From NCBI GenBank assembly GCA_963703315.1, contig OY969811.1, forward strand, positions 2,528,001 through 2,592,000: a stretch of DNA of 64,000 bases, in the 5' to 3' direction. The stretch comes from an uncultured cyanobacterium. Its GTDB lineage: Bacteria > Cyanobacteriota > Cyanobacteriia > Pseudanabaenales > Pseudanabaenaceae. This document shows positions 9,868-18,567 of this stretch, piece by piece. Below the pieces are notes generated by a model, which saw only the letters and a program-made list of their open reading frames with translations, ran no database searches and was not told the DNA's origin. Numbering within the stretch: the first letter of the stretch is position 1; each line of letters begins with the position of its first letter. The translations under genes and the position numbers were made by a program.

Positions 9868-12800
9868 CTAAGACTCCCCATATCCATTTGGTTTGCCGCC
9901 CATTCTGGCTTTTATCTCAGTATCTATATCCTTGTTGTCATGGGAATTATCACTTAGATTTAGGGTGTTTTTCCCATTATTTTGAAAATAGTAGGAAATT
10001 GCCCTTGCTTGAGCAAGTACCAAAGAATCTCGATCTTTTAATAGGCGTGGCAAAACCTTGATCAGCGATCGCGGTGAAGCGATCTGCAAATAAGAGATCA
10101 CAGCCTCCCTGACAAAGCCTGTAGGGTGTTCTAAGGAATTTAGCATTACTTCAGCAGGCAAGCTCCAAAACCGCGTTCTCGCGAGATGAAAACAGCAAGC
10201 TAAAGTCCAATCTGAAAGACAATAGCGTAACTCCACAAGCTGGTGTAAACGGTTAAGTGGTGTTAAAGGGGTATAGGAAAAAATGGTAGAGAGAATGTTT
10301 AACTTGTCAGCGATCGAGCGATTGTCAATTACCGACAAAATAATTTGCTTAACGCTTAAATCAACGGTATTGTCCAAAATCTCGATACCACGAGCAAGGC
10401 TGCCCTTAGAACCAGACAGAATATTAAAAGAAGCTGCTTGAATCGCCGATGAAGGATACAGCAATTTCATCAGCAGAAAAATTCTTTCTAAAGCATTGAT
10501 TGACTCATTCTGTAAAGACTCTATCAATAAACCGACTTCTGTAGATGTAACATTATCTTCGGAAATATCTCCAGAAATATCCGCAATTCCCGACCAAGCT
10601 TCATGCATTATGTTCAGTTCTTGCTTCACCATTTTTTCAACGCCACTACGCCCGATCATTTCCAGAATTATTTCAATCCCCTGTTCTTGAGGAATCCGAA
10701 TGAGGGTACGCAAAATTTGCCGCCGATGTTTACCCCAAGAGGTTTCTAAGTTACTAGCGAGTACTGAGATAGAAGCTTGGGTTCCGATTTCTCCCAAAAT
10801 GTCCCATGCTTGGATGCGGACATTATCAGGACTGCGATCGCTACGGGTAAACTCTAGCAGTGAAGTAATCGCATCATCACCAAGAGTGACTAGAGCCTCA
10901 TGGGCAGCCTTGCGGGTGGCTTTGTAATGTAAGCCACGAATAACCGATGGGAAATATTCACTAGCACGAGTAGCAGCGATCGCTCTGAGTAAGGCGCAAC
11001 GCACCTCAATCGAGGGATCTTGCAATAACTGCGGTACATAAAACCGCAAAGACTGCATAAAAGCGGCTTCTGCTAAAGCTCGGCAGCCCAATACCCTTTC
11101 AGGCTGAGAGGAACTAGTGATCATGTGCCGCAAAGTATTCGTCGCCTCAGCCACCTGTGTCGGATCTCCTAGCCGCATCATCAAAGCCACTGCTGTGCCG
11201 CGAATAATCGGATTTTGCTCAGGACCAAGATATTTCCGCAAGCTATTAATATCACGATTTTTTTCATCAGCAATTAATACATAACGCAAACATAAAGCCT
11301 GCACCTGTGGTGAAGCATTGGGCGATTGCATTACTTCATGAATATAGGGTAAATACTTGGCATCAGGATTTTCCAGCATGGCATCCAGACTTTGTGACTG
11401 CAAGTCTGGAGTCATCTGGGACAACATGGGCGCAAGGGACTCACTTACATTCTGCGGGGCAATTTGGATCAGCAGATCAATATAAACTGATTGCTCGGTT
11501 TGCGTTTCTGCCCTTGACATGGATTCTGATACTGCCCGTCTCAGTTCGCGAGTATCGACAGTCATTAAGCTGAGCTGTCCGCGCTCTACACTCTGAATCA
11601 AGAGATCGAGATAGCCGCGTCTTAGTAACCAAATAATTACGACCCAGACCACCGCAACTAAGACAATTACGGCAGCAAACCAATGGGGATTAATGCCTAT
11701 GGATTTAAAAGGAACACCTGCAAACCACTGAAAGAAAATATCAGAACTAATCGCCCTTGCTTTAAAAAATTCCCCGACCACTAAAATTAATAGTCCTGCC
11801 CCACCAGTTGCCAAAGGGTCAGCGATGCCTCTGACAAAGGATTGGATTTGACTACGAAACTGATCTGGCAATGCCTGAAATAGAGTTGGGGCAGTCGCTG
11901 CGACGATGGTAAACCGAAATAATTCGTCAAAGAACTTGAGGATGACAAAGCCCCACAACAATCCCAAGGGAGCTAATCCCGCGAGTGTACCTGTAATGAT
12001 GATGCCAATCGGGGGCATTAGTACCGCAAAAAATACACCAATCCGCTCAATCAGACGACTAGAGCCAAAAAGCTGGAGAGCCAGCTTAAAAACTCCCATA
12101 ATTCCGCCAAAAATGCCTAAAAAGCTACCGATCGCTGCTTCAGTTTTTAGATGAAATTCGAGTTGTGCCTGATACTGAAACTCGATCATAAAAAACAAAA
12201 CTTGGGCTGCCACAAAAAATCCAAACAAGAGCCAGACGTATTTACGCAGGTTGCCTTGTAATGGACGCTTAGCAATTTCGCTATCTTCGCCACTGTTATA
12301 TACAGAATTAGGAAATGCTTGGCGATAGCGCGTACTTAGGTAAAAGAGTACACATGACCCAGTTAACAGCATTAAACAAGTCGCGAGGGTCATATTGGCA
12401 ACTCCTCCCAAAGTCACCAAAAAAGGGTAGGAAAAACCGCCGATAATCTCAGCAACGATAATGCCTGTACTAATTAATGGAAATGCTCGTTTAATTTCAC
12501 GGATATTAAATAATTGGTTGGCGGCAATGTCATTATTGATATTACTAAGTACATAAATGCCCTCAACCCATAGGCGAATACCAAATACTGCGGCTAAGTA
12601 TACCCATTGACCTTTTTGCATCAGTCCCATCCATGCAAGGGGCAGGGGCAATGCTAATAGTATGGAAATGCCCAACATGACCCACCGCAAAGGAAACAGC
12701 TTTTGCAACCATGAGTAAAAAACTCCAAAAGCAGTAATTACGAAAGCCGTTGCCATGTAAACCCAAGTGAGATTTTCGGCTTTATAGGCTTCAAGGAATA

Positions 12801-12960
12801 AGGTGGAACTAGAATATTCGAGCCATACTGCTCCAATCGATGTTGCGCCGTAAAATAAAAACATCAAAAGTGTGCGTTCAGCTTCATCTGGACGCAGGTT
12901 GATGATTTTTAAGAATCGACGCATTACAGAATTAGAGTCGGGAATGGCAGATGCATTCAT
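9868..12960 (-). CDS. MFS/NTT(TLC)-like transporter fused to HEAT repeats
   Basis: About 12 TMs (NQLFNIREIKRAFPLI) followed by a helical HEAT-like region; 3 bp upstream of the cNMP gene. Confidence 0.85.
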   Translation of the reverse strand: MNASAIPDSNSVMRRFLKIINLRPDEAERTLLMFLFYGATSIGAVWLEYSSSTLFLEAYKAENLTWVYMATAFVITAFGVFYSWLQKLFPLRWVMLGISILLALPLPLAWMGLMQKGQWVYLAAVFGIRLWVEGIYVLSNINNDIAANQLFNIREIKRAFPLISTGIIVAEIIGGFSYPFLVTLGGVANMTLATCLMLLTGSCVLFYLSTRYRQAFPNSVYNSGEDSEIAKRPLQGNLRKYVWLLFGFFVAAQVLFFMIEFQYQAQLEFHLKTEAAIGSFLGIFGGIMGVFKLALQLFGSSRLIERIGVFFAVLMPPIGIIITGTLAGLAPLGLLWGFVILKFFDELFRFTIVAATAPTLFQALPDQFRSQIQSFVRGIADPLATGGAGLLILVVGEFFKARAISSDIFFQWFAGVPFKSIGINPHWFAAVIVLVAVVWVVIIWLLRRGYLDLLIQSVERGQLSLMTVDTRELRRAVSESMSRAETQTEQSVYIDLLIQIAPQNVSESLAPMLSQMTPDLQSQSLDAMLENPDAKYLPYIHEVMQSPNASPQVQALCLRYVLIADEKNRDINSLRKYLGPEQNPIIRGTAVALMMRLGDPTQVAEATNTLRHMITSSSQPERVLGCRALAEAAFMQSLRFYVPQLLQDPSIEVRCALLRAIAATRASEYFPSVIRGLHYKATRKAAHEALVTLGDDAITSLLEFTRSDRSPDNVRIQAWDILGEIGTQASISVLASNLETSWGKHRRQILRTLIRIPQEQGIEIILEMIGRSGVEKMVKQELNIMHEAWSGIADISGDISEDNVTSTEVGLLIESLQNESINALERIFLLMKLLYPSSAIQAASFNILSGSKGSLARGIEILDNTVDLSVKQIILSVIDNRSIADKLNILSTIFSYTPLTPLNRLHQLVELRYCLSDWTLACCFHLARTRFWSLPAEVMLNSLEHPTGFVREAVISYLQIASPRSLIKVLPRLLKDRDSLVLAQARAISYYFQNNGKNTLNLSDNSHDNKDIDTEIKARMGGKPNGYGES

Positions 12961-12984
12961 AGGTGAGGGCGATCGTTTGACGAT

Positions 12985-13815
12985 ATGGTACTACAAGAAC
13001 GCAAATCTACAATGACAGCTATTTTGCCAATCACCTCAATTTCTCAAGGACATCTCAATGTCTGGGAAACTTGTCAGCGTAAGTATCAATATAGTTTTTT
13101 AGAGGAGTTGAGTTTACCTGAAGCCGATTTGCAGCATAAAAAAAATTTGTTGTTAGGGGCAAATTTTCACTTACTGATGCAGCAAAAAGAGCTAGGGCTA
13201 GATGTATTTGACTTAGCAAGTAGTGAGGCTAAGTTACAGTCATGGCTAACCGCTTTTGACAATCAACCACCACAGATGATTGACGGCGATCGCCTCTGTG
13301 AGCATCGACGTACGTTAGAAGTTACGTTAGAAAATAACTTAGAAACGTCGCTGCATCATAGTGACAATCAAAATTTTGGTCAAGGGTATTTTGTCTTAAC
13401 TGCCATCTATGACTTTTTGATTTTGGGCGATCGCCAAGCGCAAATCCTTGATTGGAAAACCCATCAAGTGGCGATCGCTGAAGATAAGTTAAAACTCAAC
13501 TGGCAAACCCGTCTTTATCTATATTTATTAGCTAAAACAACTAATTACGCACCTGAGCAGTTATCGATGACCTATTGGTTTGCGAATACTGCCAAATCCG
13601 TAATTATTTCTTATACTCAAGCTGAGCATGATCGTACTGAAAAGAGATTACGGCAAATTTTGACAGAAATTGCCCAGTCTCAGGAATACTCAAAATTAGA
13701 GCTTCACAATTCCACTTGTAAAAATTGTGAATTTCGCGATCGCTGCGATCGGGGGAATATATTCACTAGTTCTATAGCCAGCAATATCGAAGATATTCCC
13801 GAAGTCACAATCTGA
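12985..13815 (+). CDS. PD-(D/E)XK nuclease, AddB/RecB-like, with 4 Cys (Fe-S staple)
   Basis: TCQRKY, LGANFH, YDFL, ILDWKT, QTRLY, C-terminal CKNCEFRDRC. Confidence 0.88.
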   Translation: MVLQERKSTMTAILPITSISQGHLNVWETCQRKYQYSFLEELSLPEADLQHKKNLLLGANFHLLMQQKELGLDVFDLASSEAKLQSWLTAFDNQPPQMIDGDRLCEHRRTLEVTLENNLETSLHHSDNQNFGQGYFVLTAIYDFLILGDRQAQILDWKTHQVAIAEDKLKLNWQTRLYLYLLAKTTNYAPEQLSMTYWFANTAKSVIISYTQAEHDRTEKRLRQILTEIAQSQEYSKLELHNSTCKNCEFRDRCDRGNIFTSSIASNIEDIPEVTI

Positions 13816-14001
13816 AGTATAGAGGGTTTTATTTTGCCTAAGGCAAAATAAAACCCTCTATACCTTTACTGGGACTGATTTTTTGTTTTCCAATGATTAC
13901 GCAATCATTGGAAAATCGCTACGAGCAAAAATTCTTGATCAGCAAGATGTTATTTTTTCGGTAATCTGGAGGATCTACCAAAAAAATTAAATCGAGGTGC
14001 A

Positions 14002-15759
14002 TTGTTGACAACGCCCCCATCTGCCCCATTTGCTCTTGCCCCACGCCCTCATGGATTAGCACGATTTCTCCCAATTATTGTTGTGTTGAGGAATTACAAA
14101 CTTCCTTGGCTCATGCAAGATATTAGTGCTGGTCTAGTATTGACTGCAATTCTCATACCCGCAGGTATGGGTTATGCCACCGCCGCAGGATTACCAGCCA
14201 TTTATGGACTATATGCCACGATTGTTCCTTTAATTGCCTATGCTATTTTTGGTCCTAGTCGGATTTTGGTTTTAGGTCCAGACTCAGCGCTCATTCCTCT
14301 AATTGCTGCCACAGTCTTACCCTTAGCCAATGGTGATCCGATTAGAGCGATCGCGATCGCAGGGATGCTTTCAATTCTGTCGGGGGGAATGTGTATTATT
14401 GCGGGTATTGCCAGATTTGGATTTATTACAGAATTACTATCTAAGCCAATTCGTTATGGATATCTTAATGGAATTGCACTGACAGTCTTAATTGGACAAT
14501 TGCCTAAGATTTTTGGATTTTCCGTAGATGGCAATACGATTTGGGAAGAATTAGTTGATTTTGTGCAAGGTGTGAATAGTGGCAAAACTAACATCACTGC
14601 CTTAGCGATCGGTTTGTCTTGCTTGACGGTAATCCTAGTTTTGAAACGATTGGCTCCGAAAGTTTCGGGAGTATTGATTGCAGTGGTTGGCGCAACTGTA
14701 GTTAGTTCTCTCTTCGATCTATCGCATCGAACGGGCATCTCTGTCATTGGAGTTTTACCCCAAGGCTTACCCACTTTTCAAATTCCGAATATTGCGCCAT
14801 TAGAATTTAAGACCTTGCTTTCTAGTGCCTTGGCGATCGCCTTAGTATCTTTTGCGGATTTGAGTGTATTGTCGCGGACTTTTGCCATACGGGGAGGCTA
14901 CAAAGTTGATCGCAATCAAGAACTAATTGCTCTTGGCATTGCTAACATTGCATCGGGATTATTTCAAGGATTTTCCGTTAGTAGCAGCGCATCACGGACA
15001 CCCGTTGCTGAGGCAGCAGGTTCAAAAACTCAAATTACGGGAGTTGTAGGAGCAATTTGTATTGCTTTAGTTTTACTATTTGCGCCAAGTCTGTTACAAA
15101 ATCTGCCTCAATCGGCTTTGAGTGCTGTAGTTATTTCCGCAGGATTAGCGATTTTTGAAATCTGGGGGACGTTGCGCCTATACCAATTGCGACGATTTGA
15201 GTTTGTGCTATCGCTTGTCTGTTTTGTCGGTGTGGCATTACTAGGTGTCATCCAAGGAATATTCGGGGCAGTGGGTTTAGCATTTTTTGCCTTTGTCTGG
15301 AGTGCATGGCGACCGCACTATGCCGTACTTGGTCGTGTTGATGGCATTAAGGGCTATCACGATGTTTCGCGTCATCCTGAAGCGAGACGCATCCCTGGAT
15401 TAGTAATTTTTCGTTGGGATGCACCGTTGTTTTTTGCAAATGCGGAAATTTTTTGTGAAAGTTTAATGCGAGCCGTTGTCACTGCACCCACCATGACTAA
15501 CTGGGTATTAGTGGCGGCTGAGCCTGTGACAGATATTGATCTGACGGCGGCAGATGCGATCGCCGAACTCGATAAAACCCTCTGTCAAGCGGGAATAGAG
15601 TTATGTTTTGCGGAAATGAAGGGACCAAGTAAAGATCGCCTCAAACGTTACGGCTTATTTACTAAATTAGGAACTGAGAGTTTTTTCCCGACGATTGGGC
15701 AGGCGGTTGATGCTTATTTGGCTATCAATAAAGTTGAATGGAAAGATTGGGATGAATAG
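14002..15759 (+). CDS. SulP/SLC26 anion transporter with STAS domain
   Basis: DISAGL..IPAGMGYA..AGLP..GLY; DAPLFFAN; STAS C-terminus. Confidence 0.95.
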   Translation: MLTTPPSAPFALAPRPHGLARFLPIIVVLRNYKLPWLMQDISAGLVLTAILIPAGMGYATAAGLPAIYGLYATIVPLIAYAIFGPSRILVLGPDSALIPLIAATVLPLANGDPIRAIAIAGMLSILSGGMCIIAGIARFGFITELLSKPIRYGYLNGIALTVLIGQLPKIFGFSVDGNTIWEELVDFVQGVNSGKTNITALAIGLSCLTVILVLKRLAPKVSGVLIAVVGATVVSSLFDLSHRTGISVIGVLPQGLPTFQIPNIAPLEFKTLLSSALAIALVSFADLSVLSRTFAIRGGYKVDRNQELIALGIANIASGLFQGFSVSSSASRTPVAEAAGSKTQITGVVGAICIALVLLFAPSLLQNLPQSALSAVVISAGLAIFEIWGTLRLYQLRRFEFVLSLVCFVGVALLGVIQGIFGAVGLAFFAFVWSAWRPHYAVLGRVDGIKGYHDVSRHPEARRIPGLVIFRWDAPLFFANAEIFCESLMRAVVTAPTMTNWVLVAAEPVTDIDLTAADAIAELDKTLCQAGIELCFAEMKGPSKDRLKRYGLFTKLGTESFFPTIGQAVDAYLAINKVEWKDWDE

Positions 15760-15810
15760 TTATGGATGGTGCTTTGCATCATCCATAACTATTAGGAAGG
15801 CTTAATTATT

Positions 15811-15887
15811 TGTAGGATGCGTTAGTGCAACGTAACGCATAAATTGGGTAAAGATGATGGGTTACGCTAGCGCTAACCCATCCTACA
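15811..15887. repeat. GTAG-type REP doublet (REPIN-like)
   Basis: TGTAGGATGCGTTAG..TAACGCAT spacer ATGGGTTACGC..GCTAACCCATCCTACA. Confidence 0.7.
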
Positions 15888-15901
15888 TTTAATTCTAACT
15901 A

Positions 15902-16108
15902 TTAGGACTTAATGGTAATCCAATCTTTTTTTAGTAAAGCCCGAAAGGTGGTGATGCCCTTAGAAAAGCCTTCGGGATCTTGTAGAGCATATTCGGGAAA
16001 TTCTTCGTAGTGTCGCCATTGTTCGGATGGGTCATGGCGTAAGTGGAGAACGCGATCGCTACCTTCTAATCTCCAAAGCATTTGACCACCACTATTCATA
16101 TCAGACAT
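15902..16108 (-). CDS. Small hypothetical protein
   Basis: 68 aa, preceded by AGGAGA RBS. Confidence 0.75.
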   Translation of the reverse strand: MSDMNSGGQMLWRLEGSDRVLHLRHDPSEQWRHYEEFPEYALQDPEGFSKGITTFRALLKKDWITIKS

Positions 16109-16366
16109 AATCTCCTCCTATTTGCTTAAACGAGAGAGCATTTAGCAATGGCATGATGAGCTACCGATTGCTAGCTCAATTTTGACGATCCCAATATTAA
16201 ATTCTGTAAAGATTGTTACTTTTAATATCGACTTTGTTGCCGAAATATTGTAGGCATAGCGATCGCTATATGGTAATGCAAGTTTTACTTAAGTGGCGGC
16301 GAGAAGTGCCGCCACTCATATTTAGTGTCAAAATAAATTCTAACGTTGCGAGATTGAGGCAAAACG

Positions 16367-18427
16367 ATGTCACTAAAAGCTGCTAAAGAGGCATTGTTGC
16401 GAAAACACTATACCGAAGCGATCGCGATCTTGACTGAATATAGCCAAGCAAATACCGATCAAACCAGTAAAGATTACGTGCAAGCGCAAATTTGGCTAGT
16501 GTCAGCCTATAAAAAAACAGGACGTGCTGATAAAGCGATCGCCATCTGTGAAGGTTTGGCAGCATCTTCTGATCCGCAGTTGCAAAAGTGGGCGCAGAAA
16601 TCCTTGACAACCCTGAGCGCACTGTTGGATGCACCCCCTGATGATCGGATCAAGCGCAATGAAGATGTTGATTCGGTCGTCAAGTCTGATCCTCGTCGCT
16701 ATCGCAAAAAGAACGTTAGCTTAGCCCTTCCCTCCCGTTACAGCTATTTTCTCATCGCGTCAATTATCGTTACGATTCTCACAGTGATTGGTTTACAGTT
16801 TTTAATTGGCTATGGAATTTCCAGAATTTTTACAGATTTCTTTTCGGCAGCTTGGTTCAATACAACGGCGATCGCCACAGGGGTATTGAGCATCTTGGGA
16901 TTTTTCATGTCACCTTGGATTATCGACATTACCCAAAGACAATATCACCGCATTCAATGGATTACCCTTGCTGATTTAGATGAGAAGAGTCCTGAATCAG
17001 TGGAAATCATTGAAGATTTTTGTGAGAAATACAATATTTTTGTACCGCGTTTGGGATGGATTGAAGACGATGCTCCTGTGGCTTTTACCTACGGAGTCAT
17101 TTCCAATTCGACCAGAATTGTCGTCAGTCGTGGTTTATTTGAATGTCTAGATGATGATGAAATTGCGGCGGTTTATGCTTATCAACTAGGGCGGATTCGG
17201 AATAAGAGTTTTGCCGTTTTGACCTTTGTTTCTGCCCCTGTCCAAGTTCTCTATTACATCTATGTATTACTGAGTCGTCAAAGTTATCGGGCTAAAAGCA
17301 TCAAACAAGTGTGGCAAATCGCAGCGACCTTTGCCAATGTTCTTTATTCCTTGAGTAACTATTTACTGATTTGGCTTTCCCATGCAAGTACGATTTTGAG
17401 CGATCGCTTTGCTTCAGAAATCACAGGCAATCCTAATGCTTTAGCCCGTGCCTTACCCAAGATGGCGCGACAAATGCTGCCCTACAATCAGCCCGCCATG
17501 CCCACCAATCGGCTTTTAGAATCAACTAGAGCCTTAGGTATTTGCGATCGCCAAACGATGATAGCGATCGGTTTAGCTATGGAAATCGCCCATGTTGGAC
17601 AAACTGATCAAAATCCCTATCGTGTATTTCTATGGGAAATGTTTAATCCTTGGCGGCGTTGGCTAGAGATTCATTCGACCCATCCCCTAGTTGGCAAGCG
17701 CCTGAGATTTCTGTCAGGATATTCTAAACAATTAGGGCTGGCAACAGAATATGATTTTGCGGAATTATTAAAAGAAGAGAGAAAACTCGATAAAAAACGT
17801 TTGTATGGTAGCTTTTGGCGGGATTTATTAATTCAAATTGCCCCAGTTCTTGGTATAGCGATCGCCGTGATTGTTGCGGTTCTTTTTTCGCAACTATATA
17901 ACCGATGGTTACTGCTAAGCCTATCGATGATTGGCTTAGGTTTAGGTTTTATGTTTCAAGGTAGTCTCCGCTATCCAGACTTTCGCCGCGTGGCTGATAC
18001 GGATTTGGTCAGCCTCTTAATCGATCCCTATGCTAGTTATGTGCAAGGCGCTCCTGTGCAAATTCCGGGAGAACTGCTCGGTTATGGGACTGATGATTTC
18101 TATATTGGCTATGCAGTACGTTTAGAAGATCAAGGCGGCTTAGCTTTTCTCAACTACATTCCCAATTTCCGTCAATGGCTGATTGATCCTTCCAATACAA
18201 TTAAAAATCTGGAAATGCTATGCGATCGCTCAGTAATTGCTTCAGGATGGTTTCGACGTGGTAAAGTCCCCGTTATCGATCTATCAACATTGCAACCAAT
18301 TACAGAAGATCGCCCTAAACAACGCGCTTCTCTCACCAGCTATCACCAATTTTGGAATAATATTGGTAGTTCCATCCTAGTTTTATTAGGGCTATCGATT
18401 TTACTTCTAACCTCAAGGCTGTTCTAG
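16367..18427 (+). CDS. HtpX/M48-family membrane protein with N-terminal TPR-like region; zinc motif degenerate
   Basis: PVAFTYG, IVVSRGL, EIAAVYAYQLGRI (HExxH position), HSTHP. Confidence 0.85.
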   Translation: MSLKAAKEALLRKHYTEAIAILTEYSQANTDQTSKDYVQAQIWLVSAYKKTGRADKAIAICEGLAASSDPQLQKWAQKSLTTLSALLDAPPDDRIKRNEDVDSVVKSDPRRYRKKNVSLALPSRYSYFLIASIIVTILTVIGLQFLIGYGISRIFTDFFSAAWFNTTAIATGVLSILGFFMSPWIIDITQRQYHRIQWITLADLDEKSPESVEIIEDFCEKYNIFVPRLGWIEDDAPVAFTYGVISNSTRIVVSRGLFECLDDDEIAAVYAYQLGRIRNKSFAVLTFVSAPVQVLYYIYVLLSRQSYRAKSIKQVWQIAATFANVLYSLSNYLLIWLSHASTILSDRFASEITGNPNALARALPKMARQMLPYNQPAMPTNRLLESTRALGICDRQTMIAIGLAMEIAHVGQTDQNPYRVFLWEMFNPWRRWLEIHSTHPLVGKRLRFLSGYSKQLGLATEYDFAELLKEERKLDKKRLYGSFWRDLLIQIAPVLGIAIAVIVAVLFSQLYNRWLLLSLSMIGLGLGFMFQGSLRYPDFRRVADTDLVSLLIDPYASYVQGAPVQIPGELLGYGTDDFYIGYAVRLEDQGGLAFLNYIPNFRQWLIDPSNTIKNLEMLCDRSVIASGWFRRGKVPVIDLSTLQPITEDRPKQRASLTSYHQFWNNIGSSILVLLGLSILLLTSRLF

Positions 18428-18463
18428 CGCAAGGTTAGGACTTATGCAAACTAACTTTGGTAT

Positions 18464-18567
18464 TAAGTAGCTAGGCATAGTTAAAACCCAAAACCAGAGA
18501 TTGTGCCGCCCGCTACGCGGGCGGCACAATCTTCTAGGTTTTAAGTTTACTTATGCCTAGCTACTTA
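18464..18567. mobile_element. MITE-like element (family A) with 16-bp terminal inverted repeats
   Basis: TAAGTAGCTAGGCATA ... TATGCCTAGCTACTTA around a central GC hairpin; the right end supplies the helicase stop codon. Confidence 0.7.

Noticed and set aside
12985..13815. Cas4 call
   Set aside because: The motifs are shared with AddB-type nucleases, and there is no cas1/cas2 or array nearby.
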